The notes under the pieces: generated by a model | What the model saw: only the letters and a program-made list of their open reading frames with translations | Told to the model about the DNA's origin: nothing | Databases searched by the model: none | Shown here: one piece after another, positions 36,379 through 49,411 of the stretch | How the letters are laid out: each line of letters begins with the position of its first letter | How positions within the stretch are numbered: the stretch's first letter is position 1 | Made by a program: the position numbers and the translations under genes | Source of the DNA: Escherichia coli | Lineage (GTDB): Bacteria > Pseudomonadota > Gammaproteobacteria > Enterobacterales > Enterobacteriaceae | NCBI RefSeq assembly: GCF_001677475.2 | Contig: NZ_CP015229.1 | DNA: 64,000 nucleotides | Reading direction: 5' to 3' (one strand)

Positions 36379-37047
36379 TCAGTTGTGATGACGCACAGCG
36401 CGCAGAAACTCGTGGCGCGTATTCTGACTGGATTTGAACAATCCACCAAGAGAGGTCGTTGTCGTGGCACTGGTTGCATCGCGGATGCCGCGCGCTTTCA
36501 CGCAGTAATGCACCGCGTCGATAGAGACAGCCACGTTATTGGTGCCCAGCAGCGTTTGTAGCGCAATGAGAATTTGCTGGGTCAGACGTTCCTGTACCTG
36601 TGGGCGCTGGGCAAAGAACTGCACGATGCGGTTAATTTTTGACAGACCGATCACCGAATCTTTCGGGATATAAGCCACCGTCGCTTTGCCATCGATGGTA
36701 ACAAAATGGTGTTCACAGGTGCTGGTCAGGGTGATATCGCGCACGGTGACCATTTCATCGACCTTCATTTTGTTTTCAATGAGGGTGATTTTCGGGAAAT
36801 TGGCGTAATCCAGACCGGAGAAAATTTCATCGACATACATTTTAGCGATGCGATGCGGCGTTTCCATCAAACTGTCATCAGCCAGGTCGAGATTCAGCAG
36901 CTGCATGATTTCGGTCATATGACCAGCAATAAGGCTTTTGCGCGTTTCGTTATCCATTTCATGCACGGGCGGGCGCAGCGGTGTTTCCAGTCCTCGCGCA
37001 ACTAACGCTTCATGAACCAGGGCCGCTTCTTTACTGAGTGATGGCAT
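36379..37047 (-). CDS. folE: GTP cyclohydrolase I
   Basis: 222 aa, FolE family. Confidence 0.9.
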
Positions 37048-37271
37048 TTATGATTTCTCCTGCAGGTGTGACGCCTCCGCCCTGCGTGGGGGCAAAGTTA
37101 TTAAGCTGATTTACAGCCTGATTATTGTGCGTGAGGCGGCGCACATAATCCAGTATTCACAGCGATAATTATTGTAATTGCCGCTGCCTTTCATCAGCAG
37201 ATGTTAAAACATCGTTATGCAAATACGGAAGTGAAAGTTACTCACAGCACATTGAATAAACGGTATGATGA

Positions 37272-38141
<870 letters not shown>

Positions 38142-38145
38142 AAGT

Positions 38146-38163
38146 CCGCCCGGTTCGCCGGGC
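38146..38163. terminator. Hairpin between convergent yeiG and cirA, likely bidirectional terminator
   Basis: gcccgg-ttcg-ccgggc stem-loop. Confidence 0.5.
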
Positions 38164-38172
38164 ATCTTCTCA

Positions 38173-40152
38173 TCAGAAGCGATAATCCACTGCCATAAAG
38201 TAACGACGTCCGTCTTCGTTATAGCTGTAGTCATCACGACTGAGATCCTTGTCGCCAAGGTTCAGCACGCCTGCGCGCAGTTTGACGTCTTTAGTTACCT
38301 GCCAGGCCGCGCCGGTATTCCAGATGGTATAACCGCCCGGTGTTTTAGCCGTAGCGCTGTCGGCTCGTTTCTGCCCGGTATAGTGCCCAGAAACATAGAA
38401 TGACCAGTCTTCCAGCGCCAGCGGTTTCCAGTCCAGCGTACCGTTAGCGGTATGGAACGGCAGATCGGATAGCGGTTTGTTTTCGCCGTTGCTGACATCA
38501 CGACCATCGTTGTAGGTGTAGTTGAGTGACAGTTTCCATTCATCGTTGAACGGAATTTTCAGTTCGGTTTCCACGCCCTGAATACGAGCTTTGTTAACGT
38601 TGTAGTAGCTAAATACCGGCACACCGTTCGCTGTAAAACCAACAAAGTTTTGGTAGCCCGGTGCAGCATTGACGTCAGACGTACGGCTGATGCTGATACG
38701 ATCTTTCACATCGTTACGGAAAACGGTAACGCTGGATTCAACCCCTTCCAGCCAGCCTTCTTCACCCATGTAGTAAAGCCCCAGCTCCCAACTTTCGCTG
38801 GTTTCTGGTTTCAGATCCGGGCTACCCACAATCTTACATGCGCCACGGCAGGAATTGCTCGTCCAGTCAGGGCTAAGTTGCAACAGAGAAGGTGCTTTAA
38901 AAGCTGTCGCCCAGCCCCCTTTCACCGTTACGGTGTCGGTGGCGTTATAAACCAGGTAGGCACGCGGACTCCAGTGTTCACCGTAGGTTTCGTGATCGTC
39001 CATACGCACGCCGGTCGTCAGCGCCAGCGGCTCGAAGATCCGCCATTCATCTTCCACAAATAGCGCGTACTGGCTGGCAGACGTTTTGGAGCTGGTTCCC
39101 CCGGTCAGGTTCACCGCATCACTAAGTTTGTCGTGACGCCATTCACCGCCAACCGTGAGAAACTGATTAATCGCCGTCAGCGGCAACGTGTATTTGCCGT
39201 CGACCGTATTGCTTTCGGAAGTTATCGGACTGCTGTTGCCAGGGTTTTTATTCTCGACTTTCTCACCGTAGTATTTCAGTTCGCTGGTGCCGTAATCCCA
39301 ACGCCCATTATGGCTGACGGAGTAGTTCTGGCGTTCCAGGCGGTTTTTGTCCAGCGAGTCGGAATCACGATCCTGACGGTCGAAACCGTATCCGGCAGTA
39401 AAATCGTGATTTTGATTCGGTGTCCAGGCAAATTCGACATTGCCGTCGCGGCTGGAGAATCCTTCAATACGCGGCGTTTCTCCGGTATCGGTTGTCGTTG
39501 AGTTTTGCGGGTCATCCTTTTCACGTTTTGCCAGGCTGCCGTAAGCTTTCATTCCCAGCACACCGTCAATTAATGGTCCGCTGGTAAAGAACTGACCGTT
39601 ATAGGTATCACCGCGATCGCGATGTTCCTGAATGGTGGTATCGACGGTAACGGTACCCGACCATTTCTGACCGATTTTTTTGGTGATGATATTCACTACA
39701 CCGCCGAGCGCATCGGAACCGTACAGCGACGACATCGGGCCACGAACCACTTCAATACGTTCGATGGAATCGACCGGGATCCAGTTCAGATCGAAATCAT
39801 TGTGGCGGAAGACGGCATTGCGGGAGTTAACGCGTTTACCGTCGACAAGAATCAGGGTATAGCTGCTGTCCAGACCACGAATACTAACGCCCTTACGGTT
39901 ATCCCCTTCGTTCGTCAGTTGTACGCCAGGCACTTCTTTGAGGACATCCTTCAGATTCTGTACCGGTTTTCGCTGTAGGTCTTCCTGGGTAATGACGCTG
40001 ATACTGGCGGGAGCATCTTTAAGGTTTTGTTCAACGGAAGATGCAGTGACAACCATCGTTTCGCCATCATCATCGACCGCTAACACAGGCCATGCACAAG
40101 AAATAGCGGACAAACACAGCCCGACCCGTACGAAAGGGTTCAACCTAAACAT
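38173..40152 (-). CDS. cirA: TonB-dependent catecholate siderophore/colicin IA receptor CirA
   Basis: 659 aa with signal peptide, TonB box region, C-terminal ...YRF. Confidence 0.9.
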   Translation of the reverse strand: MFRLNPFVRVGLCLSAISCAWPVLAVDDDGETMVVTASSVEQNLKDAPASISVITQEDLQRKPVQNLKDVLKEVPGVQLTNEGDNRKGVSIRGLDSSYTLILVDGKRVNSRNAVFRHNDFDLNWIPVDSIERIEVVRGPMSSLYGSDALGGVVNIITKKIGQKWSGTVTVDTTIQEHRDRGDTYNGQFFTSGPLIDGVLGMKAYGSLAKREKDDPQNSTTTDTGETPRIEGFSSRDGNVEFAWTPNQNHDFTAGYGFDRQDRDSDSLDKNRLERQNYSVSHNGRWDYGTSELKYYGEKVENKNPGNSSPITSESNTVDGKYTLPLTAINQFLTVGGEWRHDKLSDAVNLTGGTSSKTSASQYALFVEDEWRIFEPLALTTGVRMDDHETYGEHWSPRAYLVYNATDTVTVKGGWATAFKAPSLLQLSPDWTSNSCRGACKIVGSPDLKPETSESWELGLYYMGEEGWLEGVESSVTVFRNDVKDRISISRTSDVNAAPGYQNFVGFTANGVPVFSYYNVNKARIQGVETELKIPFNDEWKLSLNYTYNDGRDVSNGENKPLSDLPFHTANGTLDWKPLALEDWSFYVSGHYTGQKRADSATAKTPGGYTIWNTGAAWQVTKDVKLRAGVLNLGDKDLSRDDYSYNEDGRRYFMAVDYRF

Positions 40153-40321
40153 TCCATATCTCCATGAGGTAACTACGAAAATAAAATGGGTTATCGCTCA
40201 CATCTTCTTCACGTCCCCTTGCGTACGGCAGCATCGCGGTGGACTTATTTATATGCAGGTGATCATCCCAGAAAGCCGGAACAGCCTCTGATTTGTCAGC
40301 CTTTTTTGATTGCGGCGTAAC

Positions 40322-40350
40322 GATAATGCAAACGATAACAATTATCAATC
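40322..40350. promoter_or_regulatory. Candidate Fur box(es) in cirA promoter
   Basis: gataatgcaaacgataacaattatcaatc resembles overlapping GATAAT-type Fur hexamers. Confidence 0.5.
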
Positions 40351-40443
40351 CAAATGTTAAATTTTATATCCGCATGATTTGTCAGGGAAATGGAATTGAA
40401 AAAGCCCTCTCGGTTGAGAGGGCTTAGCAAGGAAGGGAGAAAC

Positions 40444-41913
40444 TTATTTCTTATCGTTCTGCGGGAACTTCATTTCGCTGTAGCGTACGAAGTGAGTTCC
40501 TTTAATCAGCTTGTAGCCGAACCAAATAATCAGGAACAGCGGGATACCAATATACGTTGCCGCTACGCCGCCCCAGTCAATGGTATCTTTCAGGAATGCT
40601 TCGTAGTTCTGGCCCAAAGTGATAATCAGACACAGAATGAATGCGAAGATCGGCCCCAGTGGGAAGAAACCTGAACGGTACGGCAGATCGTTAATGTCGT
40701 GTCCCTGCAATACGTAACCGCGACGGAAGCGATAGTGGCTAATGGCAATCCCCAGCCAGGCGATAAAACCCGTCATCCCGGAGGTGTTCAGCAGCCACAG
40801 GTATACCGTCTGATTGCCAAACATGGAGGTCAGGAAGCACAGACCGGCAATCACCGTCGTCGCATACAGCGCATTACGCGGCACGCCACCACGCGACAGT
40901 TTAGCGAAAATGCGCGGCGCTTTACCGTCACACGCCAGGGTGTACAGCATACGAGTAGACGCATACATACCGGAGTTACCCGCTGACAGCACCGCCGTCA
41001 GAATAACTGCGTTCATCACCGCCGCCGCAGAGAGCAGACCCGCGTGCTGGAACACCAGGGTGAACGGACTGACGCTGATGTCTTTAACATCGTTACGCAG
41101 CAGGCTCGGATCGGTGTACGGAATAATCAGGCTGATAATCAGGATCGCGAACACATAGAACAACAGGATTCGCCAGAACACCTGACGTACCGCGCGTGGA
41201 ATGTTTTTCGCCGGATCTTCGGACTCGCCTGCAGCAATACCGATCAGCTCGGTTCCCTGGAAAGAGAAGCCGACAATCATAGCTACGCCGATCATCGCCG
41301 CAAAACCACCAGCAAACGGCGCTTCGCCGATTGTCCAGTTGCTCCAGCCCGCAGGCTGCGCGCCTTTGAAGATACCGATAATCATCAGCACGCCAACGAT
41401 GATAAAGACAATAACTGTCGTGACTTTGATCAGTGAGAACCAGTATTCCGCTTCACCAAAGCCACGAACTGAGATGTAGTTCAGCAGGAAGATAACGCCG
41501 AGGAACAGCGCACTCCAGATCCAGCCCGGTGTATCCGGGAACCACCAGCTCATGACCAGCTGAGCTGCAACCAGGTCAACGGCGATAGTCACCGCCCAGT
41601 TGTACCAGTAGTTCCAGCCCAGCGCGAAGCCAAAGCCTTCTTCAACATAGTTCTGACCATAAGTGGCAAACGAACCGGAAACCGGCATATATGCAGCCAG
41701 TTCACCGAGACTGGTCATCAGGAAGTAAACCATCAGGCCAATCAACATATACGAGAGCAATGCCCCGCCCGGACCTGCCTGAGAAATCGTTGCGCCAGAG
41801 GCAACAAAAAGACCTGTACCGATGGAACCGCCAATGGCAATCATCGTCAGGTGACGCGCCTTTAATTCACGGAGTAAGCCCGGCGCTTCTGTGGTTTTAG
41901 TTTCGGAAACCAT
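40444..41913 (-). CDS. lysP: Lysine-specific permease LysP (APC family)
   Basis: 489-aa amino acid permease. Confidence 0.9.
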   Translation of the reverse strand: MVSETKTTEAPGLLRELKARHLTMIAIGGSIGTGLFVASGATISQAGPGGALLSYMLIGLMVYFLMTSLGELAAYMPVSGSFATYGQNYVEEGFGFALGWNYWYNWAVTIAVDLVAAQLVMSWWFPDTPGWIWSALFLGVIFLLNYISVRGFGEAEYWFSLIKVTTVIVFIIVGVLMIIGIFKGAQPAGWSNWTIGEAPFAGGFAAMIGVAMIVGFSFQGTELIGIAAGESEDPAKNIPRAVRQVFWRILLFYVFAILIISLIIPYTDPSLLRNDVKDISVSPFTLVFQHAGLLSAAAVMNAVILTAVLSAGNSGMYASTRMLYTLACDGKAPRIFAKLSRGGVPRNALYATTVIAGLCFLTSMFGNQTVYLWLLNTSGMTGFIAWLGIAISHYRFRRGYVLQGHDINDLPYRSGFFPLGPIFAFILCLIITLGQNYEAFLKDTIDWGGVAATYIGIPLFLIIWFGYKLIKGTHFVRYSEMKFPQNDKK

Positions 41914-42117
41914 ACAAAAATGCTATCCATCTTAAAAATGAGGCGCGATTGTAGCAGACGATTGGCAATCCTTCCGGCAGAAATACACGGTTATAAGACA
42001 CCTTCATGATCGCCCAGGGATTATAAGTAAAGCAGCCAATCTCTTTTCTGGCGAATGCATGCTGAGGGCGCTGCGTCACGAAATCGACACAGCACCAGCA
42101 TGTTCTTGTACAGCAAC

Positions 42118-42999
42118 TTAACGCGGTACATTCGCGGGATCGCAATAGTCCAGAAAGCGCCGTAGCGCGTTGGAAAGGTGTTTTTGCCGATGATGTATAC
42201 GCCACAACGTACGCATCAGGCGCGGCAGAGGGACCGCAACTTCACTTAATGTGCCTGCCTGCAATTGATCTTCAATCACCCGTCGCGACAGGCAACTAAT
42301 TCCCAACCCATGACGCACCGCATGTTTGATTGCCTCGGAGTTACCTAATTCCATCGCCATCTCAAACTTCGGTAAATGTGACAGCAACAGATAATCGACA
42401 ATCTCCCGCGTGCCGGAGCCGCGTTCACGCAGGATCCACGGCGCAGCGGCCAGCTGTTCTAAGGTGACCGGACCACGAGCCAATGGCGAAGTCGGCGCGG
42501 CGAAAACCACCAGCTCGTCTTCCAGCCACGGTTCAGAAATGATTTCAGTGCTGTGGCACGGTCCTTCAATAAAGCCAATATCAACGCGGAAATCCAGCAC
42601 CGCTTGCATCACGTCCTGGCTGTTCCCAACGCTAAGTTCAATCGGCAACTGCGGATAATCATGGCGATAACGGGCGATAACTGCAGGCAGAATGTAGTTA
42701 CCGATGGTACTACTGGCATAGATACGAATCGCGCCGTTGTCTTCGCGAAACAGTTGTTCGATTTCAACCGCCTGTTCAAGTAGTGCCAACGCACGCGGAT
42801 AGAGCAGCCGCCCGTGTTCATTAACAACTAGTCTTTTACCCACGCGATCAAACAATTGCACGCCAAGCTGCCCTTCCAGGTCGGTCAAGGCTGCGCTCAC
42901 TGCTGATTGCGACAACGCCAGCATCACCGACGCCTGGGTGGTTGATCCACTTTTCAATACTTCTGCAAAAACTTCCAACTGCCGGAGGGTGATGTGCAT
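42118..42999 (-). CDS. yeiE: LysR-family transcriptional regulator YeiE
   Basis: 293 aa with N-terminal LysR HTH; divergent from yeiH. Confidence 0.85.
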
Positions 43000-43097
43000 A
43001 GTCGCTTACCACTTATAAAGATTAATTATAAATATATAATCAATTTTATTTTTAAACCAGTTAGTCGTAACCTTATGCCCGGTTAAAGGAGAGGGTT

Positions 43098-44147
43098 ATG
43101 ACGAATATCACCTTACAGAAACAACATCGTACACTGTGGCATTTTATTCCGGGGTTAGCCCTGAGTGCAGTTATCACCGGGGTCGCCCTGTGGGGTGGTT
43201 CCATTCCCGCGGTTGCGGGTGCCGGGTTTAGTGCCCTCACCCTCGCAATCTTGTTGGGGATGGTTTTAGGCAACACCATCTATCCGCACATCTGGAAAAG
43301 CTGTGACGGTGGTGTGCTGTTTGCCAAGCAATATTTATTACGTCTGGGTATCATTCTTTATGGCTTCCGTCTGACGTTCTCGCAAATTGCCGATGTCGGT
43401 ATCAGTGGGATCATCATTGACGTGCTGACGCTGTCCAGTACCTTCCTGCTGGCTTGCTTCCTGGGGCAGAAAGTGTTTGGTCTGGATAAGCACACCAGCT
43501 GGTTGATCGGTGCCGGTAGCAGTATCTGTGGCGCTGCCGCGGTACTGGCGACTGAGCCGGTAGTGAAAGCGGAAGCCAGTAAAGTAACCGTGGCTGTTGC
43601 AACCGTTGTTATCTTCGGGACCGTCGCGATTTTCCTCTACCCGGCGATATATCCGCTGATGTCTCAATGGTTTAGTCCGGAAACTTTCGGTATCTACATT
43701 GGTTCTACTGTGCACGAAGTGGCGCAGGTGGTGGCGGCAGGTCATGCCATCAGCCCGGATGCAGAAAACGCAGCAGTTATTTCCAAAATGCTGCGCGTGA
43801 TGATGCTGGCTCCGTTCCTCATCCTGCTGGCGGCGCGTGTTAAACAGCTGTCTGGGGCGAACAGCGGCGAGAAAAGCAAAATCACTATTCCGTGGTTTGC
43901 CATCTTGTTCATCGTAGTTGCCATCTTTAACTCGTTCCACCTGTTACCGCAGAGTGTGGTGAACATGCTGGTAACGCTGGATACCTTCCTGCTGGCAATG
44001 GCGATGGCGGCGCTGGGTCTGACCACTCACGTCAGCGCGCTGAAAAAAGCCGGGGCGAAACCTCTGCTGATGGCACTGGTACTGTTTGCCTGGCTGATTG
44101 TTGGTGGTGGTGCGATTAACTATGTGATTCAAAGCGTCATCGCATAA
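43098..44147 (+). CDS. yeiH: Inner membrane protein YeiH (UPF0324)
   Basis: 349-aa polytopic membrane protein. Confidence 0.85.
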   Translation: MTNITLQKQHRTLWHFIPGLALSAVITGVALWGGSIPAVAGAGFSALTLAILLGMVLGNTIYPHIWKSCDGGVLFAKQYLLRLGIILYGFRLTFSQIADVGISGIIIDVLTLSSTFLLACFLGQKVFGLDKHTSWLIGAGSSICGAAAVLATEPVVKAEASKVTVAVATVVIFGTVAIFLYPAIYPLMSQWFSPETFGIYIGSTVHEVAQVVAAGHAISPDAENAAVISKMLRVMMLAPFLILLAARVKQLSGANSGEKSKITIPWFAILFIVVAIFNSFHLLPQSVVNMLVTLDTFLLAMAMAALGLTTHVSALKKAGAKPLLMALVLFAWLIVGGGAINYVIQSVIA

Positions 44148-44220
44148 ACCACTACATCTTGCTCCTGTTAACCCGCTATCATTACCGTTTTCCTCCAGCG
44201 GGTTTAACAGGAGTCCTCGC

Positions 44221-45078
44221 ATGAAATACATTGGAGCGCACGTTAGTGCTGCTGGCGGTCTGGCAAATGCCGCAATTCGCGCCGCCGAAATCGACGCAAC
44301 CGCGTTTGCCTTGTTCACCAAAAACCAACGTCAGTGGCGTGCCGCACCGCTCACGACGCAAACCATCGATGAATTCAAAGCCGCCTGTGAAAAATATCAC
44401 TACACATCGGCGCAAATTCTTCCCCACGACAGTTATCTGATTAACCTCGGACATCCGGTCACTGAAGCTCTGGAAAAATCGCGCGATGCCTTTATAGATG
44501 AAATGCAGCGTTGCGAACAGCTGGGGCTTTCTTTGCTCAACTTCCACCCTGGCAGCCATCTGATGCAGATTTCAGAAGAGGATTGCCTTGCGCGTATTGC
44601 CGAATCCATCAACATTGCGCTGGATAAAACTCAAGGTGTAACAGCGGTGATTGAAAACACCGCCGGTCAGGGCAGCAATTTAGGGTTTAAATTCGAACAT
44701 CTCGCGGCGATTATCGATGGCGTGGAAGATAAATCCCGCGTCGGCGTCTGCATTGATACCTGCCATGCTTTCGCTGCCGGGTATGATTTGCGTACTCCAG
44801 CCGAATGCGAGAAAACGTTCGCTGATTTTGCCCGTATTGTTGGCTTTAAGTATCTGCGTGGGATGCACCTTAACGATGCGAAAAGCACCTTTGGCAGCCG
44901 CGTTGACCGCCATCATAGCCTCGGTGAAGGCAATATCGGTCATGATGCGTTCCGCTGGATCATGCAAGACGACCGTTTCGACGGCATTCCGCTGATCCTT
45001 GAAACCATCAACCCGGATATCTGGGCAGAAGAGATCGCCTGGCTGAAAGCGCAACAAACTGAAAAAGCGGTAGCCTGA
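44221..45078 (+). CDS. nfo: Endonuclease IV (AP endonuclease)
   Basis: 285 aa, Nfo family TIM barrel. Confidence 0.9.
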   Translation: MKYIGAHVSAAGGLANAAIRAAEIDATAFALFTKNQRQWRAAPLTTQTIDEFKAACEKYHYTSAQILPHDSYLINLGHPVTEALEKSRDAFIDEMQRCEQLGLSLLNFHPGSHLMQISEEDCLARIAESINIALDKTQGVTAVIENTAGQGSNLGFKFEHLAAIIDGVEDKSRVGVCIDTCHAFAAGYDLRTPAECEKTFADFARIVGFKYLRGMHLNDAKSTFGSRVDRHHSLGEGNIGHDAFRWIMQDDRFDGIPLILETINPDIWAEEIAWLKAQQTEKAVA

Positions 45079-45080
45079 AG

Positions 45081-46169
45081 ATGAATAACCGGGAAAAGGA
45101 GATCCTTGCAATTTTACGGCGTAACCCGCTGATTCAGCAGAACGAAATTGCGGACATGCTGCAAATCAGTCGTTCGCGCGTTGCGGCGCATATTATGGAT
45201 TTAATGCGTAAAGGGCGGATTAAAGGCAAAGGTTACATTCTCACTGAGCAGGAATACTGCGTAGTGGTGGGGACAATCAATATGGATATTCGCGGGATGG
45301 CGGATATCCGTTACCCGCAAGCGGCTTCTCATCCCGGAACAATTCATTGCTCGGCGGGCGGCGTTGGACGCAATATCGCCCACAATCTGGCGCTGTTAGG
45401 CCGCGACGTCCATTTGCTTTCAGTGATTGGCGATGACTTTTATGGCGAAATGCTCCTGGAAGAAACGCGCCGTGCCGGCGTGAATGTCTCCGGCTGCGTT
45501 CGTTTACATGGCCGAAGCACATCGACGTATCTGGCAATTGCCAATCGAGACGATGAAACCGTGCTGGCGATTAACGATACCCATCTGCTGGAACAGTTAT
45601 CGCCGCAATTATTGAACGGGTCGCGCGATTTACTTCGTCATGCGGGCGTGGTACTGGCTGATTGCAACCTGACAGCCGAGGCGCTGGAGTGGGTCTTTAC
45701 CCTCGCTGATGAAATCCCGGTGTTTGTCGATACCGTTTCAGAATTCAAAGCGGGCAAAATCAAACACTGGCTGGCGCATATTCACACCCTGAAACCCACT
45801 TTACCGGAGCTGGAAATTATATGGGGACAGGCGATCACCAGCGATGCTGACCGTAATGCCGCAGTGAATGCATTGCATCAGCAAGGTGTTCAGCATCTGT
45901 TTGTTTATTTGCCCGATGAGTCAGTTTATTGCAGCGAAAAGGATGGAGAACAATTTTTGCTGACCGCGCCAGCGCATACGACAGTAGACAGTTTTGGTGC
46001 TGACGATGGTTTTATGGCGGGCCTGGTATATAGCTTTCTGGAGGGAAACAATTTCCGTGACAGCGCCCGTTTTGCGATGGCCTGCGCGGCAATTTCACGC
46101 GCCAGCGGCAGCTTAAACAACCCTACCCTGTCTGCCGATAACGCGCTTTCATTAGTGCCAATGGTGTAA
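45081..46169 (+). CDS. yeiI: PfkB-family sugar kinase with N-terminal HTH, YeiI
   Basis: 362 aa; N-terminal winged-helix region then ribokinase-like domain; paralogous to psuK. Confidence 0.8.
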   Translation: MNNREKEILAILRRNPLIQQNEIADMLQISRSRVAAHIMDLMRKGRIKGKGYILTEQEYCVVVGTINMDIRGMADIRYPQAASHPGTIHCSAGGVGRNIAHNLALLGRDVHLLSVIGDDFYGEMLLEETRRAGVNVSGCVRLHGRSTSTYLAIANRDDETVLAINDTHLLEQLSPQLLNGSRDLLRHAGVVLADCNLTAEALEWVFTLADEIPVFVDTVSEFKAGKIKHWLAHIHTLKPTLPELEIIWGQAITSDADRNAAVNALHQQGVQHLFVYLPDESVYCSEKDGEQFLLTAPAHTTVDSFGADDGFMAGLVYSFLEGNNFRDSARFAMACAAISRASGSLNNPTLSADNALSLVPMV

Positions 46170-46172
46170 CAA

Positions 46173-46215
46173 TGTTGCCGGATTCGACGCTTGACCGCAT
46201 CTTATCCGGCTCATA
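46173..46215. repeat. REP-like element
   Basis: tgccggattcgacgcttgaccgcatcttatccggc. Confidence 0.45.
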
Positions 46216-46224
46216 AATCGCGCA

Positions 46225-47475
46225 CTACGCTAAGCCAATAAAGAATCCTGCAATGGTGGCACTCATCAGGTTAGAAAGTGTCGCCGCCGCCAGCGCGCGT
46301 AAACCAAGCTGGGCGATTTCCGGCGCACGGTGTGGCGCAACCGCAGAAAACGCCCCCACCACCACCCCGATAGAACCAAAGTTAGCGAAACCGCACAACG
46401 CGAAGGAAATAATCGCCACGGTTTTAGCATCCAGAGTGCAAGCCGTTTGCAGATAGGGTGAGAAATTGAGATAAGCGACAAATTCATTTATTGCCAGTTT
46501 CTGTCCAATCAAACTCCCGGCAAGATTCGCATCACTCCAGTCAACACCCATCACCCACGCTAGTGGGGCCAGCAGGTAACCTAAAATGGACTCCAGCGAG
46601 GCATGTTCAAAACCAAACCAGCCGCCAACGCCGCCGATAATACCGTTAATTAACGCAATGATAGCGACAAATGCCATCACCACTGTCGCCACACCTGCGG
46701 CGATTTTCAGCCCGGTCATTGCCCCTGTCGCAGCGGCTTCAATAATGCTTTTTGGCGGTGTTTCGGTGAAAGAGAGGTTATTAAAGGAAACCTGCGAAGA
46801 TTCCGTTGCCGGGCTTAACAGGCGGGCAAACAAGATCCCGCCGGGGATCGCCATTAACGATGCCGCCAGCAGATATTCCACAGGCACGCCCAGTGCGGCG
46901 TAACCAATCATTGTCGAACCAGCAATCGAGGCCATCCCGCTACAAATCGCTGTAAATAGTTCATTGCGATTCAGACGATCGATAAAGGGTTTGACGATTG
47001 CCGGAATTTCGTTTTGCCCGAGGAAAATGGTAGTGACCGCGACGAATGACTCAATCTTGCTGATATTTAATGCTTTCTGGAATATACCGCCGAGAATGCG
47101 AATTAAGATCCCCATCACACCGATGTAGTAGAGAATACTCACCAGTGCTGTAACGAAGATAATTGCCGGTAATACCCTGAAGCCAAAGATAAATCCTGCG
47201 CCATCAAATAAGGTGTCCATTTTCGGTCCGACCAGAGAACCGAAGATAAAAGCGCTACCTGCATCGCTGTACGCCATCACTTTATGCACGCCAAAAGCGA
47301 CTTTTTCAGCGACCCAACGCCCTGGAGGTAACCAAAGCATAATCCCGCCAATCACGACCTGTAATACCAGCGCCGCACCGACAGTACGCAGGCTGATCTT
47401 CTTCTTGTTTACTGACAGTAAAAATGCAATTGCCAGCAGTACCACCATTCCCAGAACACTTCTCATGACATCCAT
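46225..47475 (-). CDS. nupX: Nucleoside permease NupX (CNT family)
   Basis: 416-aa concentrative nucleoside transporter; very similar to psuT. Confidence 0.85.
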   Translation of the reverse strand: MDVMRSVLGMVVLLAIAFLLSVNKKKISLRTVGAALVLQVVIGGIMLWLPPGRWVAEKVAFGVHKVMAYSDAGSAFIFGSLVGPKMDTLFDGAGFIFGFRVLPAIIFVTALVSILYYIGVMGILIRILGGIFQKALNISKIESFVAVTTIFLGQNEIPAIVKPFIDRLNRNELFTAICSGMASIAGSTMIGYAALGVPVEYLLAASLMAIPGGILFARLLSPATESSQVSFNNLSFTETPPKSIIEAAATGAMTGLKIAAGVATVVMAFVAIIALINGIIGGVGGWFGFEHASLESILGYLLAPLAWVMGVDWSDANLAGSLIGQKLAINEFVAYLNFSPYLQTACTLDAKTVAIISFALCGFANFGSIGVVVGAFSAVAPHRAPEIAQLGLRALAAATLSNLMSATIAGFFIGLA

Positions 47476-47574
47476 AGTTATTATCTCTTCATGTCATTTT
47501 GGGCGACGGCTTTCTGCCCATCAGAAATAGCCGGGCCTGCATCTTGCGATACTGACCCGGCTTGTTATCAACAC

Positions 47575-48516
47575 TTAATGGGTTTTGATATAGCCGCGCA
47601 CGCACTCTTCGACTAATCCCCAGAACCAGTCGGTATCAATAGTGATGCCGACTTTGGTATTAGCGGGCTTGCCAAGAACGCCCAGCTCGTCGCAGACAGT
47701 ACGCCCATAGCAAGGTCCACTGTTGACGTCCACTTCGACGTACATCTCCTGGGTTTTAATGCCATCAGGGTTAATCAGATAACCGATGCAGGTGGCGTCA
47801 TGCACCGGGCCGCCAGCCAGGCCGTAGTTTTCGAACTGGGTTTTGAGAGTGAAGTTCATGATGTCGCTGAACAGCTCTCCGGCAGGGCCGCCTGCCCTTT
47901 CCATTCGTGCAATCACGTCCGGGGTGCAAACGGTCTGGTTGGTGAGATCGAGGCCCATCATTACTAATGGAACGCCGGAGGTGAACACCACACGTGCCGC
48001 TTCCGGGTCAGCAAAGATGTTGAACTCGGCAGATGGGGTGAAGTTGCCAGTACCGTAAGCGCCGCCCATTAGCACTATTTCACGGATTTTCGGCAGGATT
48101 GCTGGTTGCATACGCATTGCCACCGCGATATTTGAAAGCGGACCAACCGGCACCAAAGTGATATCGCCATCGCTTGCCATCAGGGTATCAATGATATATT
48201 TCACCGCATGAGTGCTTTCTGCCTGGCGGGTCAGCGGCTCGAATACCGGGCCATCCAGTCCGGTTTCACCGTGAATATTATCGGCAACGATTTGTTGCCG
48301 CATAATGGGCTGTGGCATCCCCGCATAAACCGGAACATTAATCTCCAGTTTCTGGCAAACATTCAGACCATTAATTAATGTTTTATCGAGGGTTTGATTA
48401 CCCGCTACAATGGTGATACCTAATAAATCAATCGCCGGATGTTTCGCTGCCATCATCATTGCAATAGCATCATCATGACCCGGATCACAATCCAGAATAA
48501 TTTTTCTCTTTTCCAT
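47575..48516 (-). CDS. rihB: Pyrimidine-specific ribonucleoside hydrolase RihB
   Basis: 313 aa with N-terminal [11 protein letters not shown]-nucleoside hydrolase motif. Confidence 0.9.
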   Translation of the reverse strand: MEKRKIILDCDPGHDDAIAMMMAAKHPAIDLLGITIVAGNQTLDKTLINGLNVCQKLEINVPVYAGMPQPIMRQQIVADNIHGETGLDGPVFEPLTRQAESTHAVKYIIDTLMASDGDITLVPVGPLSNIAVAMRMQPAILPKIREIVLMGGAYGTGNFTPSAEFNIFADPEAARVVFTSGVPLVMMGLDLTNQTVCTPDVIARMERAGGPAGELFSDIMNFTLKTQFENYGLAGGPVHDATCIGYLINPDGIKTQEMYVEVDVNSGPCYGRTVCDELGVLGKPANTKVGITIDTDWFWGLVEECVRGYIKTH

Positions 48517-48684
48517 TGTTTATTTCCTCTGTTTCCAGTTGCGTTATTTTTTCTACAGCAAAGAAAATTCGACCGGGCCGATGATTGAATCTTAACAACA
48601 GCGTACGTATGCTAAATATGAGAAATCTCATAGCGGATAAACATCGTGAAAGAAATCCACAATAATGATCTTAAGCAGCAATTG

Positions 48685-49344
48685 ATGAGTGAATCCGCGT
48701 TTAAGGATTGCTTTTCAACGGATATTTCAGCCGATACGCGGCTGTTTCATTTTTTAGCGCGTGACTACATTGTGCAGGAAGGGCAACAGCCATCCTGGCT
48801 GTTTTACTTGACGCGAGGCCGCGCCAGGCTTTACGCCACGCTTGCTAATGGTCGCGTGTCGCTGATCGATTTCTTTGCCGCGCCCTGTTTTATTGGCGAG
48901 ATTGAGTTAATCGATAAAGACCATGAACCGCGTGCGGTGCAGGCTATTGAAGAGTGTTGGTGTCTTGCGCTCCCTATGAAACATTACCGCCCGCTGTTAT
49001 TAAACGACACGCTATTTTTACGAAAACTCTGCGTCACCTTAAGTCATAAAAATTACCGTAATATTGTTTCTTTAACTCAGAATCAATCATTTCCGTTAGT
49101 GAATCGCCTGGCAGCTTTTATATTACTCTCGCAGGAGGGTGATCTTTATCACGAAAAACATACCCAGGCAGCAGAGTATTTAGGTGTTACTTATCGTCAC
49201 TTGCTATATGTGATCGCTCAACTCATTCACGACGGTTTATTAATTAAAAGTAAGAAAGGGTATTTAATTAAAAACAGAAAGCAGTTGTCAGGACTGGCGC
49301 TGGAGATGGACCCGGAGAATAAATTCTCCGGGATGATGCAGTAA
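48685..49344 (+). CDS. yeiL: CRP/FNR-family regulator YeiL
   Basis: 219 aa from ATG 48685 (ORF track begins at in-frame GTG 48646); cNMP-binding-like domain plus C-terminal HTH. Confidence 0.7.
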   Translation: MSESAFKDCFSTDISADTRLFHFLARDYIVQEGQQPSWLFYLTRGRARLYATLANGRVSLIDFFAAPCFIGEIELIDKDHEPRAVQAIEECWCLALPMKHYRPLLLNDTLFLRKLCVTLSHKNYRNIVSLTQNQSFPLVNRLAAFILLSQEGDLYHEKHTQAAEYLGVTYRHLLYVIAQLIHDGLLIKSKKGYLIKNRKQLSGLALEMDPENKFSGMMQ

Positions 49345-49361
49345 AAAATAATCTGCAATAG

Positions 49362-49405
49362 CGCGATTGCCGGATGCAACGCTTAATAAGGCGTACATCC
49401 GGCAA
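49362..49405. repeat. REP-like element
   Basis: gccggatgcaacgcttaataaggcgtacatccggca. Confidence 0.45.
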
Positions 49406-49411
49406 TGAAAC

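Noticed and set aside
43338-43940. 200-aa minus-strand ORF antisense to yeiH
   Set aside because: Shadow ORF inside yeiH with no independent support
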